Positions 1-9,217 of a stretch of DNA of 24,736 bases are shown one piece after another (within the stretch, counting starts at the first letter, position 1; every line of letters starts with the position of its first letter). Location of the stretch: positions 1 through 24,736 of IMG/VR virus record IMGVR_UViG_3300036770_000472; one strand, written 5' to 3'. The DNA is from a virus (lineage: Duplodnaviria > Caudoviricetes). The position numbers and the translations under genes are program-made. The notes beneath the pieces were generated by a model, which was not told the origin of the DNA, searched no databases, and saw only the letters and a program-made list of their open reading frames with translations.

Positions 1-1705
1 GTAGTTTGTAAAGAAAATCAAGTGGACGCGCCAGCGTGCGAAGCGTTGTGTTGGACGCCAACGCGTCAGAGAAAACAGCGCCAATCAAGTTGGCGGTTGA
101 AAAGTTTTTGAATGTATCGCTTCCAGGTCTTTGCGCCACTGCTGATGTGATGGATGCTGAACGATCAAGATCGCGCATCAAATCGTCAACTTGCCTTGCC
201 TGTGACTCTGAGAGCGTCTTGTTAAGCTCTTCTGCGCGTGATCTTAACTGTTGGCGTAACTTGGCCTGGCTGAATATATCCATGCCTGTCGTTGCATCTG
301 GAGCCGCCATAGTTGAGCGCGCTTTAACTTCTTGCAACACACGCATTTGGTCAATGGGCCTACTCATCTTTGAGTATTGCGACAAGTAATCCTTAAATCC
401 TGGCGATGCTGACTCAAGCACATCATCCAAAACATCACGCACTGCAATCAATTCGCGTGACGCCAAACGCAAGCCAGGGTCAGACTTTTCAAGCGCACCT
501 GATATGGCGTCATTAATGTCCTTGCGGACGTTGTAAATGCGCTCTGGCGTATCGCCAGCGTTCTCAATGCGTCCGCGTAACCACGTCATGGCTTTTTCAA
601 CGGGTTGGCGATTACCTGTTGCGCCAGACAGTACATTCTCAACGGCAGCAGTGATGGGTGTCGTTGCAACGGGTCCAAATTCGTTCAGTGATTTGGCGAA
701 TGCCGCTTCACGCATGGGAGCTGTAACCGCTGAACGTTTGGCTTCCGCCGCGGCGATTGCCTCCGGCCCGCCGCCAGATAAACGGTTTAGCAACTGCATT
801 CTTGCTGCATTGCTTTCCGATATGCGTTGACCAATTAAGTTTTGGACATCAAGCGTTTTTGCTAATGGGTTTTGCAGCGCCATCAAGCCAGGGTCCATGG
901 ACGCTTCAGCAGTCATGGGGCGTGAGCCAGGCACATACTCTTGTGCACGCAATAGCGCTTGTTGTGCGCGCTCAGGATTCGTGGCGGAACGTTGCAACAC
1001 TTGACCGGCAATCACTTCTCTACCTTCTTGCGTGAATGGCGATACAACCTGCCTTGCACGCTGCGCAACGTTTCTTCCAACGATTGGCGCTGTACCTGGT
1101 GCAACGGAACCAATAACGCCAAGACCGAGTTGCGCCAAAGGTCCAAGCCCTTCTTCGCGCCCTAGACTGGCGGCAGTGGCGCCTGTGCCAGCGGCAATGG
1201 CTTGCGTTCGCGGATCTGTTGCAAGCGTCCTTAATACTTCTCTTAAAACGGGTGATGTCACGGCTTGCGATGCCAAGCGAGCGCCACCGGCAAGCGCGCC
1301 TGTGCCAGTAAGTGCTTGCGCAACGTCTTGCGATATGCGCTCTTGCGGCGTTTCTGCCTCCGGCAGTCCTGCCGCTGTAAGCAATCCTTGAAGTGATTGC
1401 GATGGCGGCGTGGCAATTTGGCGCCCTGCCGCTGCATTCATTAACGCCACCAAAGGATCTGCAAACATGGTTGGCAGTGATGCGGCACCCGTGATGGCGG
1501 CTCTTGCTGTAAGTCCTAACTGCCTTCCAATGCCGCCAGCCGATGGTGGTGATACTTGTTGCGCTTGCCTAGATTGCTGAAGTGCTTGTTGTACTGGAGA
1601 GCGATCAACGATTATTTGGCGAATGGCCTTTTCAATGTCTTGATTGGCCATGTCATCAGGAAAATCAACCGATCCAATGTTTGGTATTTCAACGGTTTTT
1701 GCCAT
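1..1705 (-). CDS. Large internal virion/ejection protein (3' end beyond left edge; not in ORF track)
   Basis: ATG at 1705 after GGAG. Begins MAKTVEIPNIGSVDFPDDMANQDIEKAIRQ and is still in frame at the edge (...ASNTTLRTLARPLDFLYKL). Ala/Gly/Gln-rich and helical, third gene of a podovirus-type ejection cluster. I checked the two ends by hand, not every codon. Confidence 0.8.
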   Translation of the reverse strand, partial: MAKTVEIPNIGSVDFPDDMANQDIEKAIRQIIVDRSPVQQALQQSRQAQQVSPPSAGGIGRQLGLTARAAITGAASLPTMFADPLVALMNAAAGRQIATPPSQSLQGLLTAAGLPEAETPQERISQDVAQALTGTGALAGGARLASQAVTSPVLREVLRTLATDPRTQAIAAGTGATAASLGREEGLGPLAQLGLGVIGSVAPGTAPIVGRNVAQRARQVVSPFTQEGREVIAGQVLQRSATNPERAQQALLRAQEYVPGSRPMTAEASMDPGLMALQNPLAKTLDVQNLIGQRISESNAARMQLLNRLSGGGPEAIAAAEAKRSAVTAPMREAAFAKSLNEFGPVATTPITAAVENVLSGATGNRQPVEKAMTWLRGRIENAGDTPERIYNVRKDINDAISGALEKSDPGLRLASRELIAVRDVLDDVLESASPGFKDYLSQYSKMSRPIDQMRVLQEVKARSTMAAPDATTGMDIFSQAKLRQQLRSRAEELNKTLSESQARQVDDLMRDLDRSASITSAVAQRPGSDTFKNFSTANLIGAVFSDALASNTTLRTLARPLDFLYKL

Positions 1706-1707
1706 GA

Positions 1708-3150
1708 TCAATACTCCACCAAACGCCCGTTCTCCCACTTATAGCGCTTTCCTGATGACGGTGGCGCTTGTGGCGGAACGGCTTGAACCTGTGACATAGC
1801 ATTGCCAGCGGATGTTTTCATGGCGTTAATTGCAATCTGTCTTGAGCGTGACTTTTGAGCAATCACTTCTGGCGAATCACCGATTTGCGGGAAATAAGTT
1901 TTTATTTCACGCGCCATCTCTTCATCGCCAATCACGGCGCCTGATTCCTTACGAAGTTTTGAGCGCACCCAGTCTTCTTGCGCCTGGCGCACTTGTTGCT
2001 GCGCTGGCGTCATCAATGATCGCTCTGCAACGCCACCAACAAGCGGAATTGCGCCAACCGCGGTTGCAATAGTTCCTGCGCGCTGCGCTTGCGATGGCGC
2101 TTGGCCGATAATGCTTTCGGCTTCAATCATGCGGCTTGCGTAACCAGCAGCGTTCAACTGTCCTTCAGTGGGTTTTGTTCCGCCGCCCTTGACAACTTCT
2201 CCAGTTGGCGTTGTAACGGGTAGCGCTGCCCCACCAGGCGTAACAGGTACATACTGCAAACCTTGATCTGTTTCTTTGATCTGATAATTACCGCGGTTAA
2301 ATTCTTGCTGGCGAAGACCAAGTCCTGCGCGCTCAAGGCCAACGCGTTGATTTTCAAGTCTAACGCGCTCTTCTTCAAACCCAAGTCGTTTAAGGTCAGC
2401 AGGTCCAATGGCTTTGGGTATCCGCTGAACAATGGTTCCTGTGCCTTTATCCATGATCAAGATTTCCGCGCCTGTATCAACTTGCGTTTGATCTGGATTT
2501 GGCTTGACGTCAAGAACGCGAATGTTGCCGCGCTCACTCACAATGTAAGTTGAAGGTTGGCCGCCAATAATGCCAGACTGTGGCGCTCCAAACTTTTCTT
2601 CGGCTAGCTTGGCGGCATACTCCACGCCCTTTTCATAAGGCATTGAAGCAATCAAAGCGCGTTGCTCTTTTGTTAGATTCGCAAAAGGTTGTTGCGCCAT
2701 CGCTGATTCTTGCGCCGCTGCCGCGGCTTGCGTTGGTCCGCCACCCTGTGCAAGCGCTTGTTGACCAGCGGCAAATTGTTGCGCCTGTGTTGGACCTTGG
2801 ATAGCTTGGCGGAATGCTTGCTCTTGTTGCTGGTTGCGCTGCATTTGTTGAAACTGCGCACCAAGAATCTGTTGTTGCAACGCTTGCTGTCTTGCCTGTT
2901 GCAACCCTTCAGCGGCAGTGCCGCCACGCGCTAACGAAGATCCAATATTTGCAAGCGTCATCCAGCGTTGGCGCATACGCTCTTCTTCATCCATTGCTGG
3001 CGTGGGCAATCCTGGTATCGTTGAAATGCGATCAAGTCCAGCGCCAAAACGTTGCAGGACATTTGGCGATGCACCTTGCATAGGTGATTCTGGCGAATTC
3101 GGCAGCGTGCTATACGATGGTCCGCCAAAAAGAAAGTCTAAAAGCGCCAT
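1708..3150 (-). CDS. Internal virion/ejection protein, 480 aa
   Basis: Gln/Ala/Gly-rich helical protein with C-terminal LRKESGAVIGDEE...YFPQIGD segment. Lies between two other ejection-type genes. Confidence 0.7.
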   Translation of the reverse strand: MALLDFLFGGPSYSTLPNSPESPMQGASPNVLQRFGAGLDRISTIPGLPTPAMDEEERMRQRWMTLANIGSSLARGGTAAEGLQQARQQALQQQILGAQFQQMQRNQQQEQAFRQAIQGPTQAQQFAAGQQALAQGGGPTQAAAAAQESAMAQQPFANLTKEQRALIASMPYEKGVEYAAKLAEEKFGAPQSGIIGGQPSTYIVSERGNIRVLDVKPNPDQTQVDTGAEILIMDKGTGTIVQRIPKAIGPADLKRLGFEEERVRLENQRVGLERAGLGLRQQEFNRGNYQIKETDQGLQYVPVTPGGAALPVTTPTGEVVKGGGTKPTEGQLNAAGYASRMIEAESIIGQAPSQAQRAGTIATAVGAIPLVGGVAERSLMTPAQQQVRQAQEDWVRSKLRKESGAVIGDEEMAREIKTYFPQIGDSPEVIAQKSRSRQIAINAMKTSAGNAMSQVQAVPPQAPPSSGKRYKWENGRLVEY

Positions 3151-3152
3151 AT

Positions 3153-4124
3153 TTAACCCCTTGTGCGGCGATCAAGCTCTTTGACCGCTTCAACCAGCAA
3201 ACCAGTGACTTCAGGATAATTAACCATCTTCATGCCGTTGCCGCCATAAGCCACGGCGTTTGGCATCACACGTTCAACTTCTTGCGCCATCACGCCGCCC
3301 GTTGGCATGTCGCTTCCTTTGTATTCGTATTCGTAACCGTTCATGCCGCCAAGCGCAGCAAGTGGTGACTTCATCTTTGAAATGTTTTCCTTCATGCGCT
3401 TATCGGAAGAAAACAGATAAGCAAGCGCCGCAACGTTGCTCAATCCTTGCCCAAACTGTTGTGCGCCGGAAAGGTTTTGCGTTGTTTGCTGTGTTCCACC
3501 CGATGGCATTTGCGTAAAACCCTGTTGAAGGATTTGCAATTGCTGAAGTGGATATTGCTGTTGGCGCATAAAGTCTTGATACGCCAAATCCAAATTAGCT
3601 TGATTCATGGCTTGCTGTTGAGCGCCAACACCTTGCAGTCCTGCTGCGGCTTGTTGGCGCAAACCAATGTCTTGCGCACCGAGCGCAGCCGCCTGGCCAA
3701 ATCCTTGCTGCGCTAATTGCGCCGCGGCCTGAGCGCCAGTTTGCAGCGCCGCTTGTTGTTGCAACGCTTCTTGCACTGCTTGGCGCGTTCCGCCGTATGC
3801 GCCAGCTTTGGCGGCTTGCGCGCGGGTTTGCTGCTGTTGCATCAATCGTTGATTCTCGATGTTTTGCAGCGTATTCTTGATCACTTGCTCGTTGTACGGG
3901 TTATAAAATTGCTGCATAGATTCGCCGAGGCTTAATGGTGACTGGCGGATCGCTGCCATAGCTTCTTGCTGCGGTTGTGTAAATCCTGCAATCCTTGGTC
4001 CGCCATAAGCCTGATAAGGTTGCTGTGCAACCTGTTGAGCAAACGCATAGTTTTGAAGCGCTGCTTGTTTGAATTCAGGATCAGGTTGGTAAGTTGATGT
4101 TGATCCGCCGCCGCCTTTACTCAT
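3153..4124 (-). CDS. Ejection (pilot-like) protein with C-terminal peptidase S74 / intramolecular chaperone domain
   Basis: Start MSKGGGGSTST at 4124 (ATGA overlap with upstream stop). Q/A-rich body with FYNPY and GAYGGTR motifs. C-terminal SDKRMKENI...GVMAQEVE...VNY...LVEAVKEL matches the S74 pattern. Confidence 0.85.
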   Translation of the reverse strand: MSKGGGGSTSTYQPDPEFKQAALQNYAFAQQVAQQPYQAYGGPRIAGFTQPQQEAMAAIRQSPLSLGESMQQFYNPYNEQVIKNTLQNIENQRLMQQQQTRAQAAKAGAYGGTRQAVQEALQQQAALQTGAQAAAQLAQQGFGQAAALGAQDIGLRQQAAAGLQGVGAQQQAMNQANLDLAYQDFMRQQQYPLQQLQILQQGFTQMPSGGTQQTTQNLSGAQQFGQGLSNVAALAYLFSSDKRMKENISKMKSPLAALGGMNGYEYEYKGSDMPTGGVMAQEVERVMPNAVAYGGNGMKMVNYPEVTGLLVEAVKELDRRTRG

Positions 4125-4501
4125 TTCTTCAACTCCTTGGACATGACTGTCCATTTCTCTTGATAACCTTCATCCGCCAAAAACGAACGAATCCAACCTC
4201 GTCTTCCGGCTAACGTGACTCGTTGACATCCGATTGATTCGGCCCAATGCTCAATGATTGGGCGCATACGCGCGAGTTCTTCGAGGTTCCCGCCAGCAAG
4301 AAAATAGTGCAGCGCTTTGAGGCGAGGGTAAACCTGAATCTCTGTGATGACTGCTGACTGCGCACCTGGCCAAAACTGCATCGTTTTGGCGGTAATTGCT
4401 CGTTCAATATCGTCGATATTATGCGTGCCGCCGCTGTATTGCAATGCGGATTCAATGATCGGTATGCACCGTTTCCAATTGGCGGCATCAAAGGCATTCA
4501 T
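4121..4501 (-). CDS. GNAT-fold-like protein preceding the ejection genes
   Basis: 126 aa with LHYFLAGG, WAESIGCQRVTLAGRRGW and GY motifs. Occupies the slot of acetyltransferase-like genes (T7 gp13-like position) in podoviruses. Confidence 0.6.
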   Translation of the reverse strand: MNAFDAANWKRCIPIIESALQYSGGTHNIDDIERAITAKTMQFWPGAQSAVITEIQVYPRLKALHYFLAGGNLEELARMRPIIEHWAESIGCQRVTLAGRRGWIRSFLADEGYQEKWTVMSKELKK

Positions 4502-5787
4502 GATGTCGCCAGCAGTCCATTGTTGACAAACTGAGGTTGATTGATCGTTGACAATAAACCTTGCACTGGCGCGCCACCCGTTAACTGATTCAAGTAAAAG
4601 TCATACGGTTGAAGTTGAACGTTTTGCGCTGCCGTGTTGTAACCAGAAAATAGTTGCGCTTCAGGTGATGATCTGATTGCTTGGCGTATGTCACCGATTG
4701 ATGTGCCTTGGCCATACACATCACCAAGCCAATAGTTGTAATCTGCTTGCGTTGGCGTGCGACCCAGTGACATGCGATATTCACGATTCAGCAAGGCTTC
4801 GGGTGATGTTGCAATGCTTTCCTGAATCGCGCCAGCGTCAATGCCTTTGGCTAATTCGCCACCCCAATAATTTAAGTCGGCTTGCGTTGGCGCGCGTCCT
4901 AGCAAACCTTGATACCAACTCGTGACTTGTTGGTTGTATGCAGCTCGATCATCTTCTGGATAATCGCCAATTGAATCATTACCAGATCCAATCAAATCGA
5001 CCAAAGCATCAAGACCTTCTGTGTTTTGGTTGTTTGTGTAATCTGTATCAACCGTATCCTGGCCTTCAATGACAATATTTTCTTGCTGACTGCCGCCAGG
5101 TTTGATCGTTGCCGATCCTTTTTTGTCATCAACCACTGTATCGTCAAGCAAGCCACCACCGCCACCAACAGGCGCACCACCTCCAGCGCCACCACCGGTA
5201 ACATTGTCATCAACGGTGTCATCCGTGTCCGCATCATCACCGGCTGTTGTGTCTTCGCCAGTGATCGTGTCAATATTTCCACCTCCGGCAGGCGGCTCAC
5301 CTGAATAAGTCCGCCACGTATCGCCAGAAACAATCTGGATTGGCTTTATTTGACCAGTGTTGGTAAATAGCAACGATTCAGGGCCAAAGCCATAACGTGT
5401 GTAATCGCCAGCGTATGGCGTATAAGTGCGACCCGCTAAACCTTTTTCCGTGATGCCTTGCATTTGCCTGTTGGCGGTAGCTTGCTTTGCAGCGTTAATC
5501 GCTATTTCGGGTTGCGCTGAACGCATAAACTCGGTACGCAATGCAGTGGGTGATGCCAACTCGCCTTGCGCCCATTGCCAATACGCCACTTCATCAGGAT
5601 TCGGTGAACGTCCAAGCGTTGACGTGTAAAGCTCTGGAATGGCATCGCGCAAAAACGCTCCGCGCAACTGCGCCGGTGTCCACTTTTCGTTGTTGGCGGA
5701 CATAAGCCACCAGTTCACCTCATCGTCACGCGGCGCTCTGTTGAGTGCTTGCTGGTACAAAGTTTGTATGTCTTGTTTCGTTGCCAT
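4498..5787 (-). CDS. DUF4214-like repeat protein, 429 aa
   Basis: Four Y-x3-L-[GN]-R-x-P-x5/6-[WY]W units (YQQALNRAPRDDEVNWW, YTSTLGRSPNPDEVAYW, YQGLLGRAPTQADLNYW, YRMSLGRTPTQADYNYW) with SPEA motifs and an acidic Gly-rich linker. SD GAGG. Confidence 0.75.
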   Translation of the reverse strand: MATKQDIQTLYQQALNRAPRDDEVNWWLMSANNEKWTPAQLRGAFLRDAIPELYTSTLGRSPNPDEVAYWQWAQGELASPTALRTEFMRSAQPEIAINAAKQATANRQMQGITEKGLAGRTYTPYAGDYTRYGFGPESLLFTNTGQIKPIQIVSGDTWRTYSGEPPAGGGNIDTITGEDTTAGDDADTDDTVDDNVTGGGAGGGAPVGGGGGLLDDTVVDDKKGSATIKPGGSQQENIVIEGQDTVDTDYTNNQNTEGLDALVDLIGSGNDSIGDYPEDDRAAYNQQVTSWYQGLLGRAPTQADLNYWGGELAKGIDAGAIQESIATSPEALLNREYRMSLGRTPTQADYNYWLGDVYGQGTSIGDIRQAIRSSPEAQLFSGYNTAAQNVQLQPYDFYLNQLTGGAPVQGLLSTINQPQFVNNGLLATS

Positions 5788-5795
5788 GTCTACCT

Positions 5796-6005
5796 CTAAA
5801 TCGACGTTGCACTGATGACGCCAAGATTGCTAACTGTGATGCTGTATCGCGTTCCGTTTGGCGATCGAAGGATCAACCGCATACCCTCCACAAACTCAAC
5901 GTCTTGTAACTTCTTTAAGTTCAACGCATCAGCACTTTCCAAAGCACGGTTGCGTTCACGCTCAAGCGTTGATGAATATTGCGGAAGCGGTGCGGGTAAC
6001 TTCAT
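5796..6005 (-). CDS. Small virion-associated hypothetical protein
   Basis: 69 aa, ATGA-coupled to the nozzle gene; ends LRSPNGTRYSITVSNLG. Confidence 0.7.
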   Translation of the reverse strand: MKLPAPLPQYSSTLERERNRALESADALNLKKLQDVEFVEGMRLILRSPNGTRYSITVSNLGVISATSI

Positions 6006-7480
6006 CGCCCGCTACCCGGTACAGCGTCCAAGCGGATCGTTCCAACACGCCAATCAGCGTCAGCATTTCCGACAACGCGCATCGCTACCTGGCGACCCGT
6101 GAACCTTACATTTGTGTAAGGTTGCATCGAGTAAGGGCCATACGTTGTGGAAGAAGACTCTGGTGTTGACTGCGTGTAAAACGTCAACTTCACTTGGCCT
6201 TGTGACTTTTCATCCGGCAATATTTGCCGCACTGCCATGAACCGATCACCCGTTGACAGTTCAACCGGGCCTGATTCCGCGTAACGCGTGGACGTTAACG
6301 GTGATCCGTTATCTGTCCATCCTGATTCATGTTCGTAAAGATAACCATCTGTTCCGACCGCCAACGGGTATTGGAAAACGCCTGCATCCGTCCAGCATGT
6401 TCGCGTTAATGCGCCAATTGACCAATGATTTTCTCGGTAATTCCAAATGACGTACCGATCAACCTCGTCTGATGACGCTGAAGGATAGAACCACCACACT
6501 TCGCCAAAAGCCGAGTTTTGCCCTGCATACACCTTGGCAATTTGCGTGACATTTATATCGCTAAATACATAATCGCCTACCGAACAAGACAATGGTTGCA
6601 GCTGGCCGTTAAATAAGAAAAACGATTTGTCGCTCATCCATACCGCACCACCCTCGATCACGGCAACGGCTTGCGGGCCAATCAAACCGCAAAACGAACC
6701 CACTTTTTCCTGACCATATACCAATGGCGGCCCAAGGTAATTCATCACATGAGCGTCAGTTTCAGTAAGTATTAGCACCTGGCCGCGAATTCTTCTTGCC
6801 GCTAATATCCTTCCGCTCGTTTGCAGCTCTAACGACCCCGCGGTATTCGTTCCTGATGGCGTCCAAACCGTGTTGTCCTCTTGATCTGACCATTGCACTA
6901 AACGCGGGTTACCGCCAGCGCCAAGTGCAAACAAATAACGCTCTGGTGTAACGATTAGTGCCGTGTTGTCGGTTGGCGCGTTTGTGATGGCGGCGGCGTC
7001 CGACCCTGTGTTAAGCGCCCACTCGTAAAGTTTTCCATCTGAGTTGGCACATGCTACAAGGTTTTCGCCCCAGTTATCGAGCGACCAGGTTGTTGCATCT
7101 AACTCAGACCCTACAGACCTTTTTGTTCCCCACGCTGAAGCCCCGTAACCTCCAGCACCATAACCAAATCCAGCAACAGAAGATGGCCTTCCAATGTTGT
7201 ATCCAGTTGGCGTAATATCATGAAAATTCCCGCTGTTCCAAACATAAAGTTTGCTATGCGTGCCAATTGCAAGCCACTTATCGTAATCATTGTCACGCCA
7301 TGAAAACATGCCACGCGCCGAACCTGATAGCGTGTCAGTGGTAGCGCGCTGCCATCCACCAATTGGCCGCATGGTTCCCTCGTACCACCTAACCAGATTG
7401 GCGTCCCAATACCTACCCGCGGCCTGGTAATTGGTGCCGTTCCTATATACGCCTGGTGGTAACTTGAGCGGTGCAAGCAT
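6002..7480 (-). CDS. Tail nozzle / tubular protein (P22 gp10-like DNA stabilization protein)
   Basis: 492 aa, beta-rich and Trp-rich with propeller-like motifs (VQWSDQED, EVWWFYPS, WNYRENHWSIG). Located upstream of the ejection genes. Confidence 0.75.
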   Translation of the reverse strand: MLAPLKLPPGVYRNGTNYQAAGRYWDANLVRWYEGTMRPIGGWQRATTDTLSGSARGMFSWRDNDYDKWLAIGTHSKLYVWNSGNFHDITPTGYNIGRPSSVAGFGYGAGGYGASAWGTKRSVGSELDATTWSLDNWGENLVACANSDGKLYEWALNTGSDAAAITNAPTDNTALIVTPERYLFALGAGGNPRLVQWSDQEDNTVWTPSGTNTAGSLELQTSGRILAARRIRGQVLILTETDAHVMNYLGPPLVYGQEKVGSFCGLIGPQAVAVIEGGAVWMSDKSFFLFNGQLQPLSCSVGDYVFSDINVTQIAKVYAGQNSAFGEVWWFYPSASSDEVDRYVIWNYRENHWSIGALTRTCWTDAGVFQYPLAVGTDGYLYEHESGWTDNGSPLTSTRYAESGPVELSTGDRFMAVRQILPDEKSQGQVKLTFYTQSTPESSSTTYGPYSMQPYTNVRFTGRQVAMRVVGNADADWRVGTIRLDAVPGSGR

Positions 7481-7482
7481 GT

Positions 7483-7950
7483 TTATCTCATCATAAGTGC
7501 TTCAGCTTCACGCCTACGCGTTAAACCACGCATCACACGTCCGCGTGCTTTGTTCCACTTCACGCACTCCTCGCGCGCCCCTGCCCAATCGCCTGCGTCG
7601 ATGCGTCGCTTAAACGTTGAGATCCGATAGTTTCCTAACCCGCAATTGTATGCCCACGACAGGACAGCTGCGAATCGGCGTGGCGCGGCGGAAACAAGCC
7701 TCGGTGATAGTTTGATAAGTCCTGTGGCAAAGTGAATCAGGTGAGCCTCTAAGCGTTTCTCGCATTCCGCCATCGACCAAACGGTTGTTGGCGTTACGTC
7801 CGGGCCTGTTGTCCCAAACCCTATTGTGTAAGGATCGCCATTGGAACCGGGATCGGGATACGCGGCAACCATACCGTTTGGCAATACCTTAGCGCAGCCC
7901 TCGAACGGAACCACCAATAAGTCTTTGGCGATCTTGATGGCTTCTTTCAT
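7483..7950 (-). CDS. Endolysin, GH24 phage lysozyme
   Basis: Catalytic E...D...T pattern (FEGC...AYPD...YTIGFGTT), AYNCGLG and GLTRRREAE. Confidence 0.93.
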   Translation of the reverse strand: MKEAIKIAKDLLVVPFEGCAKVLPNGMVAAYPDPGSNGDPYTIGFGTTGPDVTPTTVWSMAECEKRLEAHLIHFATGLIKLSPRLVSAAPRRFAAVLSWAYNCGLGNYRISTFKRRIDAGDWAGAREECVKWNKARGRVMRGLTRRREAEALMMR

Positions 7951-8432
7951 TGTTTCTGGTACTTCTCAATGGATCGGCCAACAAACCAAAATGACACGCA
8001 CATGGTGAAAAGGCCAAAGTCATCCGAGTCCCATGATTGGTTTAGCACATCCTGCCAACTCGCTTGCGATTCAAACGCTAGATAGATGGCGGCAACCTTC
8101 ACGGCTGCGTACATAAAGAAAAGCGACCAGGTGATCCCGGGACGCACTAGCGCGGATATGGCCGCCACGAACCAACCAGCGGATTTGGCGGTTTCGGCTT
8201 GCTCTTCAAATGCGGCTTTGATCGTATCGAGTTGCGCAATGGAATGGTCAACGTACTTCTCTTCCATCTTGAATTGGCCGCGCATTTTCTCCAAATCGGT
8301 TTGGAGTTGAAACATATTCAACTCATGCTGCCGTTCGTTCTTTTTATCCATGAACTTTAAGATCTCTGGCGCGAGCCTGAATAGGCCGCCAAAGATCGAA
8401 CCAAGAAGTCCACCGGATAACAGGTCAAACAT
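7947..8432 (-). CDS. Putative holin (GTA 3TM-holin-like membrane protein)
   Basis: Hydrophobic N-terminus, SALVRPGITW transmembrane segment and C-terminal SFWFVGRSIEK. ATGA-coupled to the lysozyme. Confidence 0.7.
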   Translation of the reverse strand: MFDLLSGGLLGSIFGGLFRLAPEILKFMDKKNERQHELNMFQLQTDLEKMRGQFKMEEKYVDHSIAQLDTIKAAFEEQAETAKSAGWFVAAISALVRPGITWSLFFMYAAVKVAAIYLAFESQASWQDVLNQSWDSDDFGLFTMCVSFWFVGRSIEKYQKQ

Positions 8433-8433
8433 A

Positions 8434-8610
8434 TCAGTGCAACTTGAACGTTGTATTGATAAGCAACAGGATAATGGCTCCTGCGCTTGCGATAAGGATT
8501 TGCTCCAAACGCTTTAAGCGGGCGTTGATGCCTGCGTAACGTTCAGCGCAGACTGCTTCATGCGTTGACAATTTAGCCTCCACGTCTTTAGCGTTTGTGT
8601 TTGAATCCAA
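8434..8610 (-). CDS. 58-aa coiled-coil + single-TM protein (XhlA/holin-accessory-like; not in ORF track)
   Basis: TTG start 6 nt after GGAGG. Translation: MDSNTNAKDVEAKLSTHEAVCAERYAGINARLKRLEQILIASAGAIILLLINTTFKLH. Fills the gap exactly. Confidence 0.75.
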   Translation of the reverse strand: MDSNTNAKDVEAKLSTHEAVCAERYAGINARLKRLEQILIASAGAIILLLINTTFKLH

Positions 8611-8611
8611 T

Positions 8612-9214
8612 CTATGCCTCCAGCTTCAAACCAGTTAAATCCATTTCCTCGCCAACTGTGCCAACGGGAAACGTGTTAAACGATAGCGATATGCGTGTCT
8701 GCTCACCCTGAACCGTAGGCACCATGTGCGTTAAGGATGAGGGAAAAAGAATCAACCGGCCAATGAATGCCTCAAACCACCATGACTCTGAGTTGTACGC
8801 ATTCCAGTTGTCGGTGGGAAACTTGATCTGCTGCCAACCGTCTTTGTAGAAGTAAATCCTGTCATCAGGATTGGTCTGCAAGTAAAACACGCCTGAGATG
8901 TAGCTATTCGGGTGGGCATGTTTGTGGTGATACTGACCCTGCTCAGAGTAATTGCACCAGCTTTGTGTGATGCGTAGGGATACGTTGTGCTTGGGATCGA
9001 CCGTGGCTTTGAAGTATTCAGCCACGCTGTCCTCAATGAATGATCTGAGACTTGTCATAGCCGGATTGCGAAGCACGAAGTTATCCGTGCTTGTTGTGTT
9101 GCCCATGTTAGGCCGAGTCTCAAGCTCACGCACAAAGAACATCTCCTCGTCCGTGAGTTCACGGCCAAGGTCTGCAAAACCTACAGCAGTTGGGAATAAG
9201 TTATGTAGGTTCAT
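8612..9214 (-). CDS. 2OG-Fe(II) oxygenase, TIGR02466 family
   Basis: N-terminal LFPT, SWCN...HHKHAHPNSYISGVFY, GRLILFPSSLTHMV and RISLSFN (HxH...H triad plus RxS). Confidence 0.9.
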   Translation of the reverse strand: MNLHNLFPTAVGFADLGRELTDEEMFFVRELETRPNMGNTTSTDNFVLRNPAMTSLRSFIEDSVAEYFKATVDPKHNVSLRITQSWCNYSEQGQYHHKHAHPNSYISGVFYLQTNPDDRIYFYKDGWQQIKFPTDNWNAYNSESWWFEAFIGRLILFPSSLTHMVPTVQGEQTRISLSFNTFPVGTVGEEMDLTGLKLEA

Positions 9215-9217
9215 AAC

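Noticed and set aside
4729-4902. Near-duplicate DNA segments as a possible DGR template/variable repeat pair
   Set aside because: The segments are short in-frame domain repeats, the differences are not adenine-specific, and no reverse transcriptase is present in the window.
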